A stretch of 64,000 bases of DNA from an uncultured Nitrososphaeraceae archaeon (GCA_963825865.1 CAWGVG010000060.1:128001-192000), one strand, 5' to 3'; numbered from the stretch's first letter, positions 1 to 11,486 are shown. Notes: generated by a model not told the origin, from the letters alone. Numbers and translations: made by a program.

Positions 1-6
1 TGTTGT

Positions 7-315
7 TTGATGCCAGACTACTTTGAGATAGATCGATTGATAGAAGACCTTGCGAAAATATATTCGACAGCATGTGCAACTACATGGTTTAAGGTAGCGA
101 AAAATAAGCATCCTACAAAGGAAGAATTTCGTCTCAAGGTAGTGGAGTTTATGACTCATTTTGAATATACTTTGGCAACTTATCCTCAGAGCCCAGAAGC
201 AAATCATCTAAGGGACCACGCCAAGAAAATCCTACAAAAAGAAATCGACAATATTCAATCTGGAAATAATAAAGAAGTCGAACGACGCTATAAATATTAT
301 GTCGATTATACATAA
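7..315 (+). CDS. hypothetical protein (helical)
   Basis: 102-aa ORF with protein-like composition; no motif recognised. Confidence 0.7.
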   Translation: MMPDYFEIDRLIEDLAKIYSTACATTWFKVAKNKHPTKEEFRLKVVEFMTHFEYTLATYPQSPEANHLRDHAKKILQKEIDNIQSGNNKEVERRYKYYVDYT

Positions 316-1057
316 ATCGACCCTAGCATTTTGATATCAATCTCGAATCCTGCTTGACTTCTCTAGATTTTGAAGTGTATTATTAACATTGCATTATAAT
401 AGCCCATCTTGATGAAGTTGATCCAATAAGGGATTTAAGTCGATGGCTACCTCTTTTTTGCCGAGTATAACATTCGACTATATTACACTAACAACAGAAA
501 GCATGTTCATATATATTCTTTAGCAGCATATATATTATAGCACTGGTTATACCAAAACTTCCGTGGTTTTGCTCCAACCATTGTTTCCATGTTTTGCTTT
601 CTTTAACATTTCCTTCCAACGCTCCTATAGTAAATCAAGATTCATAGCTTTGTAGTTATCAAAAAGATTCAGTTTTAGTATTGGGATCATAAGGTCACCC
701 CGTTTGACACTAACATGTGACTTGTTCAGTTTTTCAATAATATCATATTCCATTTTCCATTATGCTTTCTCGTTTTCTTCTAAACCCTAATAATATTAAA
801 TTGAGTGGATATTTGTAAGTTATCGGTGTGAGTGGTCTTCGGTTGCCGAATTTTAGCGCTGAATAAAACATATCAATCTATAAGATTTCTGGTGAGCGAA
901 ATGTGATAATAGGTATAATCTTGCGATATATTGATATGACTTGACAAAATCTAATAGATATTACATCTCTGTGAGATTGGGAGGTTTGAGTTTTATTCTG
1001 GCACTAGAATAACTCAAAACAAATAACAAAAAAGTTTTAAACTTCATTTCATGAATT

Positions 1058-2203
1058 GTGGATATGAAAATAACATTATCGGCAATTAAGGCAGACATTG
1101 GAGGCATTGGCGGACATACTCGTCCGAGTGATGAGCTTGTTGAAAGAGTCAAAATATTTGTTGCAAAGTCGGCAAAAGATTTTCTAATTGACTATTATAT
1201 CGGCTATACTGGAGATGACATTCATATTATTATGAGCCATATACAAGGTGCCGACAATCAAAAGATTCACAAACTTGCCTGGGATGCATTTACAGAAGGA
1301 ACCAAAATCGCAAAAGAACAGGGATTGTATGGTGCTGGACAAGACTTGCTCAAAGATGCGTTTTCGGGGAACGTCAGGGGATTGGGTCCTGGTGTAGCTG
1401 AAATAGAAATGGAGGAGCGTCCAAGCGAAGTCTTTTGCATATTTGCTGCAGACAAGACAGAGCCTGGAGCGTTTAATTTTCCCTTTTGGCGAATATTTGT
1501 CGATGCGCGAAGTAATACTGGATTGATTATTAACGAAAACCTTGCTTCCGGCGTAACATTTAGGATATTAGACGTATTGACTGGAAAAGTTGCAGATCTG
1601 AAACTCTGGAACGATAAGCCAGAACTAGAGGCAGCATTGATGTATCCCGGTAGGTTCGTAGTACATTCTGTTCTATCTTCTGAAGGGGAGCAAATTGTAT
1701 CTGCATCAACTGATAGGTTACATAACATTGCAGGAACGTACGTTGGCAAAGACGATCCGATAGCAATCGTGAGAACACAAAAAAATTTCCCTGCAACTGA
1801 AGAAGCAGGTAGCTCATTTAACGATCCACATTTTGTGGCAGGCAATACAAGAGGAAGTCACCATATGCCTCTTATGCCGGTTAAGTTGAATTCAGCTGCA
1901 AGCCTAAACTATTCTATACCCATTGTTTCTTGTTTACTTTTCAGTATGCATAATGGCAAATTGACAGGACCACATGATGGATTTGGTACTACAGACTGGG
2001 ATTTCCAAAGAATGCGAGCGGCTGAACGAGCTATGATACTGCGTAATCAGGGATTTATTCACCCCGCAACTCTCGTTCCTGACGAACTGGAATACAACAA
2101 GGGTTATGAAGCAAGAATGGCTAAACTAGAAGAAAAATTTAAAGACATACAAGAGAATGTCGCTAAAGGGCATAATGGAGCAAAAAGAGATGACAGGAGT
2201 TGA
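1058..2203 (+). CDS. fbp: fructose-1,6-bisphosphate aldolase/phosphatase (class V)
   Basis: IKADIGGIGGH, GDDIHI, YGAGQDLLKDAFSGNVRGLGPG, YVGKDDP motifs; overlaps tpiA start. Confidence 0.95.
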   Translation: MDMKITLSAIKADIGGIGGHTRPSDELVERVKIFVAKSAKDFLIDYYIGYTGDDIHIIMSHIQGADNQKIHKLAWDAFTEGTKIAKEQGLYGAGQDLLKDAFSGNVRGLGPGVAEIEMEERPSEVFCIFAADKTEPGAFNFPFWRIFVDARSNTGLIINENLASGVTFRILDVLTGKVADLKLWNDKPELEAALMYPGRFVVHSVLSSEGEQIVSASTDRLHNIAGTYVGKDDPIAIVRTQKNFPATEEAGSSFNDPHFVAGNTRGSHHMPLMPVKLNSAASLNYSIPIVSCLLFSMHNGKLTGPHDGFGTTDWDFQRMRAAERAMILRNQGFIHPATLVPDELEYNKGYEARMAKLEEKFKDIQENVAKGHNGAKRDDRS

Positions 2204-2880
2204 AACGGCCGCTAATTATTAATTTTAAAAACTATCTTGAAGTTTCTGCAATTAAAACACTAAAACTTGCAATAGCAGCTCAGAAAGTTGCCGACAGATT
2301 GAAAGCAGAAATTGTTCTGGCTCCGCCGCAACCTTCTATCGGTCTGGTAATAGAGAAAGTCAACATCCCTGTCATTTGCCAACATGTTGATGATGCTGAA
2401 TTGGGTTCAACCACAGGATATTTTATTCCTGAGATAGCTAAATCTTATGGAGCCTCAGGTTCGCTGATAAACCATAGTGAACACAGATTATCCATTAATA
2501 CTATTCCCAGCTTGATTCAGCGTTTACGACAGTTAAATATGACCTCCATAGTTTGTGCTCGAACAACCGCGGAGGTTGTAGAAATCGCAAAATTGGCGCC
2601 TGACTTTATTGCCATCGAACCTCCAGAGTTAATAGGTTCGGGAAAAGCAGTGTCTAGAGAATCTCCATCAATTATTACAGACTCTATAAAATCAGCAGCA
2701 AAATATTCAAAATCTACGAAAGTAATTTGCGGCGCTGGAATAGTAGAAAGAGACGACGTTAGTAATGCAATTCAACTTGGAGCTGAAGGTATTTTAGTTG
2801 CAAGCGGTATAATAAAGGCAAGTTCCTGGTATGAAAAAATATTAGACCTTAGCTCAGGATTCAATACCTCTAAAGAGTAA
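2200..2880 (+). CDS. tpiA: triosephosphate isomerase (archaeal type)
   Basis: INFKNY, NHSEHR, AIEPPELIGSG, GAGI, GILVASG. Confidence 0.95.
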   Translation: MKRPLIINFKNYLEVSAIKTLKLAIAAQKVADRLKAEIVLAPPQPSIGLVIEKVNIPVICQHVDDAELGSTTGYFIPEIAKSYGASGSLINHSEHRLSINTIPSLIQRLRQLNMTSIVCARTTAEVVEIAKLAPDFIAIEPPELIGSGKAVSRESPSIITDSIKSAAKYSKSTKVICGAGIVERDDVSNAIQLGAEGILVASGIIKASSWYEKILDLSSGFNTSKE

Positions 2881-3032
2881 CATGGAACTGGTATTAATGG
2901 ACATTTTTGGGAATTAAGAAAAGCATTATTGCAGGAAAGAAAGGACACTTATACTCCAATCCATGGATATAGTTAGAGTAACATACTTCAATGATATAAA
3001 TCATTTTATAAAATATACTCAATTAAAACGTA

Positions 3033-3689
3033 ATGGACACCAGGATATTGAGAGTCTTATCTAGATTGGAAGATCAATCAAACCTCGAACGACTAGAGCA
3101 TGTTCCTTCAGAAAACATGTTACTTGCAATTACATCAGATACAGGTATGCTTTTTAACATTATGCTCAAAGCCATGAGAGCAAATAAGATTTTAGAAATA
3201 GGCACCTCCGCTGGTTATTCCACACTTTGGTTTGCAGACGCAGTATTGCAAAACAATATCATAAATAAATCAGAAATAGAAAAACGTATAATCACAATAG
3301 AAATGAACCATTCAAAGGTTGGTATTGCAAACAAAAATTTTTATGATGCGGGAGTTAATGAAATAATAGATATAATTGAAGGCCGAGCTAAAGAAGTTTT
3401 GTCCAGGCTGCTAGCAAACTATCAAAATAATATTTGCATCAACAATACTGATAATTTATTTGATTTTGTTTTCATTGATGCAGATAAAGAAAACTTGATG
3501 GATTATTTTGATTTGATTATACCAATGGTAAAAATAGGTGGAATTATCGCTACCGACAATATGTTGTATCCAGAAAACTATCGGCCGCAGATGACTAAAT
3601 ACGCCAACTATGTAAGAAACAAGAATAACATTGAGTCTGTAACAGTACCTGTTGGCAATGGCGAAGAAATCACAATCAAACTAGCATAA
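3033..3689 (+). CDS. SAM-dependent O-methyltransferase
   Basis: ILEIGTSAGYSTLW, FDFVFIDADK, GGIIATDN. Confidence 0.9.
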   Translation: MDTRILRVLSRLEDQSNLERLEHVPSENMLLAITSDTGMLFNIMLKAMRANKILEIGTSAGYSTLWFADAVLQNNIINKSEIEKRIITIEMNHSKVGIANKNFYDAGVNEIIDIIEGRAKEVLSRLLANYQNNICINNTDNLFDFVFIDADKENLMDYFDLIIPMVKIGGIIATDNMLYPENYRPQMTKYANYVRNKNNIESVTVPVGNGEEITIKLA

Positions 3690-3908
3690 TAAAGATGTCG
3701 AGAATGTGATGTGTTACAATATAATCTCGATCGGAGTAATGCAAGCGAAACTATGTCAAGTCATTTTACCGCCTGTATCTCGTACCTCTTTGTTTATAGT
3801 TGATCATTATTCGACATCGAAAGAGATAAGTTAAGTAGTGAGTCCATACAAGGAGTATATGAATTGATTACGACAGATGATAGATGATTTATCAATGATT
3901 AAAATTAT

Positions 3909-4709
3909 CTAGGACGACTTTTTCATGAGTTCTTGTTTCTTTTGTAAGTATTCGGATTCTAAAATTATGCCTTGTTCCCTCAGTTTTTGGAGTTCAGATA
4001 ATTCATCTGCAATCAATTCCTGTTTAGCCGAAGGATAATCAGACCCTTTATCTTTTACAATCGGTTGTTTAATATATCCTATAATTTTCTGAAGATTTCC
4101 CTTCGAAAGGGCATACATATATTCATCATCTCTACTTACTTTATACTTAAGAACTAGTACAATACCTCCGATAAATCCAAGGGTACCAACAACAATTAAT
4201 AGAACACCTGTGAATATCCCACCCAATGCACTCATGTTAGGTTTTTCATTAACACCTAGCATTGGAAGATATCCAAGTATCGAATCGACTTTCACTTGTT
4301 CAGTTCCTTGATTCGTAATTAATAGATTATATCTTCCCTGAACTTGTGGATTAAAATTGGTGACGAGATCCTGACTGAAAGTAGAAGTGGATACTGTTGA
4401 TCCATGAGGATCCTTAACAACGGCACTGAGCGGAATATTGGGTGGGTCTGATTTCAAGACGATGTACATGGTGGGTCCAACATCGACCACATTAAATGGT
4501 GCGATTTTTGATACTCCAGGATTAATTATTCCATTAGTTACTATTATATTCTGGCTAAGAAAAGGTTGCGCTGCGTTTATGCCAGAAGATGCAGTAAAGA
4601 AAATTCCTACTACTATTATAGCAGAACTTAAAATTAATACGAAATTTCCAAGCCGCATTACAAATACATCTCTGTATCTAATCAGGACGTATGTTTTTAT
4701 TAGTATCAA
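3909..4709 (-). CDS. membrane protein with extracellular beta domain and C-terminal SHOCT-like domain
   Basis: N-terminal and internal TM helices; C-terminal DELSELQKLREQGIILESEYLQKKQELM; true start probably at the downstream Met. Confidence 0.75.
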   Translation of the reverse strand: MILIKTYVLIRYRDVFVMRLGNFVLILSSAIIVVGIFFTASSGINAAQPFLSQNIIVTNGIINPGVSKIAPFNVVDVGPTMYIVLKSDPPNIPLSAVVKDPHGSTVSTSTFSQDLVTNFNPQVQGRYNLLITNQGTEQVKVDSILGYLPMLGVNEKPNMSALGGIFTGVLLIVVGTLGFIGGIVLVLKYKVSRDDEYMYALSKGNLQKIIGYIKQPIVKDKGSDYPSAKQELIADELSELQKLREQGIILESEYLQKKQELMKKSS

Positions 4710-4877
4710 CGTTTAACAGTTTTGGTCTGATAGAGTAAAACTTTTGTTGTGGTACCGATGGGCATAGATAAATCAAATTGGTAATATCATGTTATGGAAG
4801 ATGCGTGGAATGTGCTCTTTTTAATATTAGTGCAAGACTCTAAATATTTATACAACGCCATTTGCAGATAGATAATA

Positions 4878-5705
4878 TTGTCACAAGCTCCTGCAGGAAC
4901 TTTTTTTCCCCGTAGTACATTACAAAAAAAAATTATTAGTCTTGCTATAAAGACATTTTTACTTGTAGCTGCAACATGGATTGGTTTGTCTATATCCAGT
5001 GGGGTAGTGGAAACATACTTTGAAATTAAGAATCTGCATCTTCAACAAATTAGTAGTAGCATTGCTACTATTGCGATCTCATTTATAATAATTACTACCG
5101 TTAGGCGGTTACTACAAAAGACGACTCCGAGGATAGGTGTTCATTTATCAGCAAGTATATCTTTCTTTATAGCTGTAATTATTTCTTTGATTGCAGTCAT
5201 CATTTTAATGTATCAGTGGAATATCGACCCTCAATCCATAATTGTTGGAGGAGGAGTAGCGGCAATAATTCTTGGTATAGGTATATCCACAATAGTTGGA
5301 AACATGCTTTCTGCTGGGCTAATGTTAACCACATTTCCAGCTAGAATCGGCGATTCAATATACATAGTTAACGACAAAATACGGGGGAAGATAGAGGAAA
5401 TAAACTTCATTTATACGAAGATAATGACGGATACAGGGACTGAATATGTGGTTCCAAATAATGCCATCGTGCAAGGGAATGTTAGAATTACAAAAGATAA
5501 CTCCATTTATGATGAACGGTTACCTTTTGTAGAAGGCGATTATATAGAGATAACTAATTCATCAAATGTATATCGTGGAGCTGTTAGCAAGATCACCGCA
5601 AATTTCACTATTATATTCAACAATGAGAATAAAGATGAAGTCATTATGGCAAATAGTGCAATTTTATCGGGTCAGTTTATCATAACAAAAAAGAAACAGG
5701 TCTGA
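4878..5705 (+). CDS. small-conductance mechanosensitive channel (MscS family)
   Basis: several TM helices then GGGVAAIILGIG, PARIGDSI, GKIEEINFIYT, VVPNN. Confidence 0.85.
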   Translation: MSQAPAGTFFPRSTLQKKIISLAIKTFLLVAATWIGLSISSGVVETYFEIKNLHLQQISSSIATIAISFIIITTVRRLLQKTTPRIGVHLSASISFFIAVIISLIAVIILMYQWNIDPQSIIVGGGVAAIILGIGISTIVGNMLSAGLMLTTFPARIGDSIYIVNDKIRGKIEEINFIYTKIMTDTGTEYVVPNNAIVQGNVRITKDNSIYDERLPFVEGDYIEITNSSNVYRGAVSKITANFTIIFNNENKDEVIMANSAILSGQFIITKKKQV

Positions 5706-5812
5706 AAGAGTTAAACGGTCAAGATATTATTTTAAATCAAAAAAAGCAATTTTAAAATGTGACGATACTATATCTGATAAGAAAAACTCATCTTATTACA
5801 AAAGAATGAATC

Positions 5813-6673
5813 CTACTTCCTCCGCACTAAAGCGTCTCCAGCAATTACTCTATAGATATTATTATCAGATTTTTTAACAAGTAATGCTCCATCACTGTCG
5901 ATGTCTATGGCGGTACCTTCAAAGGACTCATTTTGTTGTTCCACAAAGACTAGGTTATTTAAAGTCTCAGATCTCTCTCTACATTTTTGCATAATGCTCC
6001 TTGCAAAATTTTCCTCTAATTGAGTGTAATAATATTCCAATTTTTCTAAAAGCATCTGAGTAAGATCGGTTATGTTAACATTTTTGCCAGATAGCTCCTT
6101 TTTTAATGATGTAATTTTTAAAGTTCCGGGTTTTGGACAAATATTATTACTAACATACCTGATGATTTTGGAAACATTGACATTTGCATTTATTCCAATC
6201 CCTATCACGACATACTCTATATTATCATTATCTATGCTTATATCTGCTAGAGTACCAGAGACTTTCCTTCCTTCAATGACAATGTCGTTAGGCCATTTTA
6301 TTTTAGAATTCAAGTTTGTCTTTTGGTTTATTGTATCACATACTGCAAGAGCAGCGATAATAGGTAGAAGAGTGGCTTGAGCCGCTTTTATTTTTGGTTT
6401 TAGGATTACCGATAACCACACACCTCCTTTTGGTGAAATCCATTTTCTATCGATCCTTCCCTTTCCGTTTCTTTGTCTTTCTGCTATGATTACTGTGCCA
6501 TGTACATTTTCTAATTTTTTTTTGACTAGTGATATTGCTAAATCTTGGGTAGAACCTACCTCCTTGTAAAAATGAATTATTTTAGCAATAAACAACGTAT
6601 GTAAGCATTTCATCAGCTCCTTTGGAAATTGGGATTGGCTTGGACATACAATTGTGTGGTCGATACCTTTCAT
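5813..6673 (-). CDS. birA: biotin--protein ligase
   Basis: STQD, QRNGKGRIDRKWISP, KWPNDI, RKVSG, GIGIN. Confidence 0.92.
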   Translation of the reverse strand: MKGIDHTIVCPSQSQFPKELMKCLHTLFIAKIIHFYKEVGSTQDLAISLVKKKLENVHGTVIIAERQRNGKGRIDRKWISPKGGVWLSVILKPKIKAAQATLLPIIAALAVCDTINQKTNLNSKIKWPNDIVIEGRKVSGTLADISIDNDNIEYVVIGIGINANVNVSKIIRYVSNNICPKPGTLKITSLKKELSGKNVNITDLTQMLLEKLEYYYTQLEENFARSIMQKCRERSETLNNLVFVEQQNESFEGTAIDIDSDGALLVKKSDNNIYRVIAGDALVRRK

Positions 6674-7795
6674 GACTCTAAGATTGTGTATTGGAATATT
6701 CGATATAAGGATAAAAGAATAGTCTCCTAATAAAAACGAATTCTGCAGACAAGCACGAGGTCATTTTATAATACCTTTTGATTTACGCTTGTAACACCAC
6801 TTATCATTCATAATGATCTGAAGATCAACGGTATGGCAGATAGGATCTTTTTAATATCAACACTACAAAGACCCTTTGTCATATATAGACATTATTCCAA
6901 ACCATTTTTGCTAATTTCAAAAGAGCTTCTGAAAGAGGTCGAGTTGTGCTATAAACGATAAGTGTATGATCCCCTGTTTTTTGATCTGGCCAAAATTCTC
7001 CTGGACAGTATTTACAAGTAGCATAATGGAAGTTATATTCACTTAAAATTGCAAAACCATTGTTTGGAAACTCGTCGGTGTAATAACCAAGCCAGCCAGG
7101 ATGAGATCCACCAACATTATCCAGATTATTTGCTTGAATTTCATCCTCTTTCAGGATATAAAATCAATTTGTTCGGTGTTGTCAGGTATTGCTTTGGAAA
7201 AGGTGCGAATTAATCTTTAGTGCCTTTTTCTTTGATCTTGCTTCATGAACTTCGAGGCATATATGATAATGTCTTTCATCTCTTGGAACTTACCGATGGC
7301 GTCTTACCGGTTCCAACTTCGATGTGCATTTTAGAGATAAACTCTGTTTCCTATTTTGTATTGCATTTCATTCACGTAATATGCTGTATGCAATCCTAGA
7401 GAAGATAGTTTGCACCCCATACAAGTATTCATTGAACACGTCAACGTGTACTCTACGTAAGATAATATTCATATGGCATAAACCAAGTAAAAAAATATTT
7501 ATAAATTTTAATTGAAGCGTATATTTTTAATCTACGGCAAAAAATCTCTCAGCATATGTGATATTTAGAGCTACAATTACTTGTCATAATCATGAAAATA
7601 AATATCCCACAGCGAATTGACACCTTGGCAAATCAACAACAATAGGAGTTTATAGGTATGATAAATATCATTACTCAATATCATTACTTGCATTATTATT
7701 GTCCTAGATCTTATAAACAATTTGAAATTACAAATAAAATTTTTTTGGATTGTTATACTGTTGTCTCAAATAGGGGCCTTTCATTACCCGTAACG

Positions 7796-8134
7796 TTACC
7801 CCGTAATATCAATGGTTGTGCTCTGCCTATATCTCCTCTTGATCTCTGCATAATTATATATATTGTCAAAGTCTGCAGAAGCTCTCATTTTATGTACTCT
7901 TGGAGCATAATTATACAATCCATGGTAGTATATGTTGCTATCATAGTTTTTCCTTGACTGCTCGTCAGAAAGGACCTCATAAGCTTCAACGATCTGCATA
8001 AATTTTTGCTTTGATTCTTCGGAGTTTTTATTTCTATCCGGATGATATTTTAACGCTAAATTACGAAAAGACCTTTTAATTTCTGCTTCTGAAGCAGTGC
8101 TAGTAACTTCTAGTATCTGGTAGTAATTCGTCAC
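7796..8134 (-). CDS. small DnaJ (J-domain) protein
   Basis: [14 protein letters not shown] (HPD), AYEVLSD. Confidence 0.9.
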   Translation of the reverse strand: MTNYYQILEVTSTASEAEIKRSFRNLALKYHPDRNKNSEESKQKFMQIVEAYEVLSDEQSRKNYDSNIYYHGLYNYAPRVHKMRASADFDNIYNYAEIKRRYRQSTTIDITG

Positions 8135-8588
8135 TTTTGGTATATATCACATCAAGGTAACCAAGTATAATCATAAGAGGTTATACTTGTTATCGTTTTT
8201 GTCTAAAAATATACTCTACTGCATAAATAACATATTTATTCAACTTGTGTTTTGTGTGCTATACTATAATAACTGCATATACAAGATAACTGTTTTTAAT
8301 TAAAGATCCGATATCTCTGATGTTTATACAACGGCAGAAACAAAAGTTGAATTTTGTTTATGGAAGTTTCAAGAATTGACTACATAAACAAAAGCTCGTG
8401 GATATAGTAAAGATATTTACGACAATACTTTATAGCCGTTCGAGTCAGGAGATCTGAAGCTCATGAAACATGTCTTGTTGAATTAAACAGCAATTTTAGG
8501 CAGGCATAAAATATTTCACAACATATTTTTACTTCTATTTCCGTTCGTTGGTAACGTTATTCCCTCTATTTCTAACTGGTTAGATTCA

Positions 8589-9936
8589 TCAAACGGAATT
8601 TATTAGATGCTGACCAAGATTTACACAGCTTATGACTGTTTCTGAGGAATTTTTTAGAAGGTTGGATTTCTTACTTGATATATATAGTGCTAATCCTTCT
8701 TCAGTTATAGGATCCGCAGGTCTTCCATGAGAACCTTTGATCAAAGGTGGAAAGAGCGGTATTGAGTTGGTTTTTGGATCTGCGAACAACTCAACAGGAT
8801 CATAGCCTGGTTTTCGGTGTATATCAACAGTTCTTGCAAAATTAGGAGCTTTTTCAGCATCATACCACCAATAGTAGCTGAACCACTTATCTCTGTCTGA
8901 TATTGCAATGATTTCGCCACTGCGTTCATGGTCAATATTTAACCTATTTTTCTGTTCACTACCATATACAACCTTGTCGATACCCTCGATATTTTCCAGA
9001 ACTCTTTTACTTTGATTCATAAAACCCTCCTTGACATAAATATGTGCTATCTGATGATCTACCATAGCAAACGCCTTACTGCACTCAAAATCTATGTATT
9101 CCTTATTATTTATTGTACGTACCGCGAGAAGACCCGCATCTCTAAGCTTTAGATTTAATGGAATAGCATCATTAACATCGTTGAATGCGTATTCCGAGAG
9201 AATAATTATTCTGGTTTCGTCTTTGATTCCCAACTCTGCCGTCTTCTGAATTATCTTTTGGACCAGATCGTCAGCTTTTTTTAAATCTTCTTTTACCTGG
9301 CAACTGTTCTTGCCAAATCTTTGAACTGAATAGTCAAGATGTGGTATATATGTAAGCATCAAATTGGGACGTTTTTTCTCTAATGTATATTCTGGCAGCC
9401 TGGACAATCCATTCACTTGATTTTGGAGATGCAAATGGACCCCAGTAGCTTGCAAGATTAAACTCTCCTAATTTCTGTTTTATTTCTTCATAATATCCTA
9501 CTGGCTTTGAATAACACCACATCACCATTCCATTATCCATATGAAGAGGCCTAGGAGTAATGACAATATCTGATTTAGCATACATTGTGTTTTGCCAGAA
9601 TAATACCGCCGTTTTAATTGAAGGAGATGACGATGAATCGTTTCGTTCTATTATATCCCAGATTCTATCTGTTTGTACTAAAGCATTTGACTGTTCCCAA
9701 AAGGAAATAGTGTAATTGTTTCTATCATAGAATCCATTAGATATTATGCCGTGCTGGTTTGGATACTTACCGGATAGTATGCTCGCTTGTACTGTGCATG
9801 TTACGGCTGGAAATACAGGCTCCATTTTCGCACTTTCCCCAGTATTTGCAATCTTAGATATATTCGGAACGAGACCTGAATCCAAATGGTCATATTCCAA
9901 TCCTACAACATCCAAAACTATAGTATATTTTACCAT
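8589..9936 (-). CDS. alkaline phosphatase / nucleotide pyrophosphatase family protein, EboF-like (split by one frameshift near 9395)
   Basis: LDVVGL, FPAVTCTVQAS, YIPHLDY, RTVDIHRKPGYDPVELF, IKGSHGR across ORFs 9334-9936 and 8589-9455. Confidence 0.85.
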
Positions 9937-9974
9937 TAATCTTACTTTATCTTAATATTGTCATTAATAGTATG

Positions 9975-10829
9975 CTAAGGTTTCCATGTAAATCGAGGTG
10001 ATTGCTTAAAGAAATCATAAGCATTATAGAAAGTGACCTTTTCGATATCGCTCAAGCTAAATGATCCTCCTGCCCCTTTTCTCATGTCTCTAGCTACCAT
10101 CGGAACACTAAGTGGATCGGAAATACCCCAGTCAGCAGCGCTGTTTACCATGATACGTTCTGTTCCATGCTTTTTTATTATATTCATTGCTCTTTCTGGC
10201 GAAAGTTTTGTAATAGGATATACTGAAAGACCAGCCCACATTCCCAATTCAAGTGTCTTCCCAATAGTCTCCTCTGTATTGTGATCTATTAGTATTTTAT
10301 TTCTGTTGTAATTTTTACCATTTTCAGTGTATAGAAGAATATGTTCAATTCTTTTCATCCCTTCTAGCTTATTATTATGAGGTAGATGAATCATCATTAG
10401 CATATTTTTTTCCATAGCTATATTCATTTGTTTAACAAAGACTTCCTCTTCTAAATCATTAATCAGGTTATATCCTATTTCTCCAACAGCAACTACTCGC
10501 TCTTTATCAAGATAACCATTCTTTACCATAGATGCCATTGCATCTGTTGCCAATGGTCGTGTAGTTGCTTCTTTTGGATTTACAGAAATACAGACAAAAT
10601 GCTCTATCCCAAAACTCTTTGCTCTTTTAGTCTCAAAACCTATCATATGCTCCCAATAATCTTCGAAGGTACCAACAAAAGTTCGTGGGCCACCAAGCCA
10701 AAATGAAGGTTGAACTATAACTTCAATCCCTGCTTTGGACATCGCTTCATAATCATCCGTCGTACGAGAGTACATATGAATATGTGGATCAAATATTCTG
10801 GTCATGAGAACTGTTATCTTCTCGTTCAT
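9975..10829 (-). CDS. TatD-family hydrolase, EboB-like
   Basis: DPHIHMYSRTTDDY, FWLGGPRT, GEIG, IHLPH, IDHNTE, NSAADWGISDPL. Confidence 0.88.
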   Translation of the reverse strand: MNEKITVLMTRIFDPHIHMYSRTTDDYEAMSKAGIEVIVQPSFWLGGPRTFVGTFEDYWEHMIGFETKRAKSFGIEHFVCISVNPKEATTRPLATDAMASMVKNGYLDKERVVAVGEIGYNLINDLEEEVFVKQMNIAMEKNMLMMIHLPHNNKLEGMKRIEHILLYTENGKNYNRNKILIDHNTEETIGKTLELGMWAGLSVYPITKLSPERAMNIIKKHGTERIMVNSAADWGISDPLSVPMVARDMRKGAGGSFSLSDIEKVTFYNAYDFFKQSPRFTWKP

Positions 10830-11001
10830 AGTGATAAGTTAAGCCTAATAATATGAATGTACATGATTCACGTCTAATTGATATTCCTAAAAGTTGCTCT
10901 AGATATATTTTATCGTCAGAGTAGCAACTCCTACCATCCACCCTCTGAGAGGAAGGGTTGTAATTCATATTGATATATGGCGATAAGAGAAAAGGCTCGA
11001 G

Positions 11002-11145
11002 TTAGGCTTTGGATTTCAGCCATAACTCTATAGCTTCTGATATTGAATTAGTCAGATTACCTTTCTTCATGCCATAGCGTTTGAATATTGCTTCTCTAAA
11101 CCTCTTCTCTAAATCCTCATCTAATGCTACTAAGATTTTACCCAA
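11002..11145 (-). CDS. small ribbon-helix-helix (CopG-like) protein, 47 aa, not in ORF track
   Basis: TTG start; MGKILVALDEDLEKRFREAIFKRYGMKKGNLTNSISEAIELWLKSKA has strand-helix-helix pattern; TATA-like element upstream. Confidence 0.75.
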   Translation of the reverse strand: MGKILVALDEDLEKRFREAIFKRYGMKKGNLTNSISEAIELWLKSKA

Positions 11146-11198
11146 TTGTATCTATGTTAAATACAAAAGGGACAGATATATAGATATATGATAGATAC

Positions 11199-11320
11199 TG
11201 CGGTTAATGTCCAGAGATTCGATGCTATCCCGTAACTGACCACCATAGCAGAGAATAGCAGCAGTTCGTTGATCCAAGGCAATGCGGGTCGACCTAGGCT
11301 ACATTCCCTAATTAGCCGTA
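11199..11320 (+). ncRNA. candidate structured RNA (about 120 nt, three-way junction)
   Basis: 10-bp closing stem TGCGGTTAAT/ATTAGCCGTA, internal TGCTAT/ATAGCA and GTTGATCC/GGGTCGAC stems; TATA-like element about 25 nt upstream. Confidence 0.45.
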
Positions 11321-11486
11321 ATCGTAACTTAAAGTCATGTAAAATGATTCGATCACCATAGAAATATGCTTAAAAATCGTGTCTTACTATGGAACTAACA
11401 TTATAAATTAATCAACATGGAGCTAAATTCATAGACAACTATGATCTGATTCCTTTATATATTCTATAATATATTTTTATATTCTT

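Noticed and set aside
1267-1845. Long antisense ORFs (this one and similar ones inside gltA, cofG, trpS, rpl15e and the PQQ dehydrogenase)
   Set aside because: Shadow frames of well-supported genes on the opposite strand.
6880-7480. Broken minus-strand coding-like stretch (..GWLGYYTDEFPNNGFAILSEYNFHYATCKYCPGEFWP..)
   Set aside because: Probably a degraded or frameshifted gene, but start and family could not be assigned.
11199-11320. 5S rRNA or known ribozyme
   Set aside because: Length fits 5S but conserved 5S motifs and hammerhead/twister cores were not found; kept only as unknown RNA.
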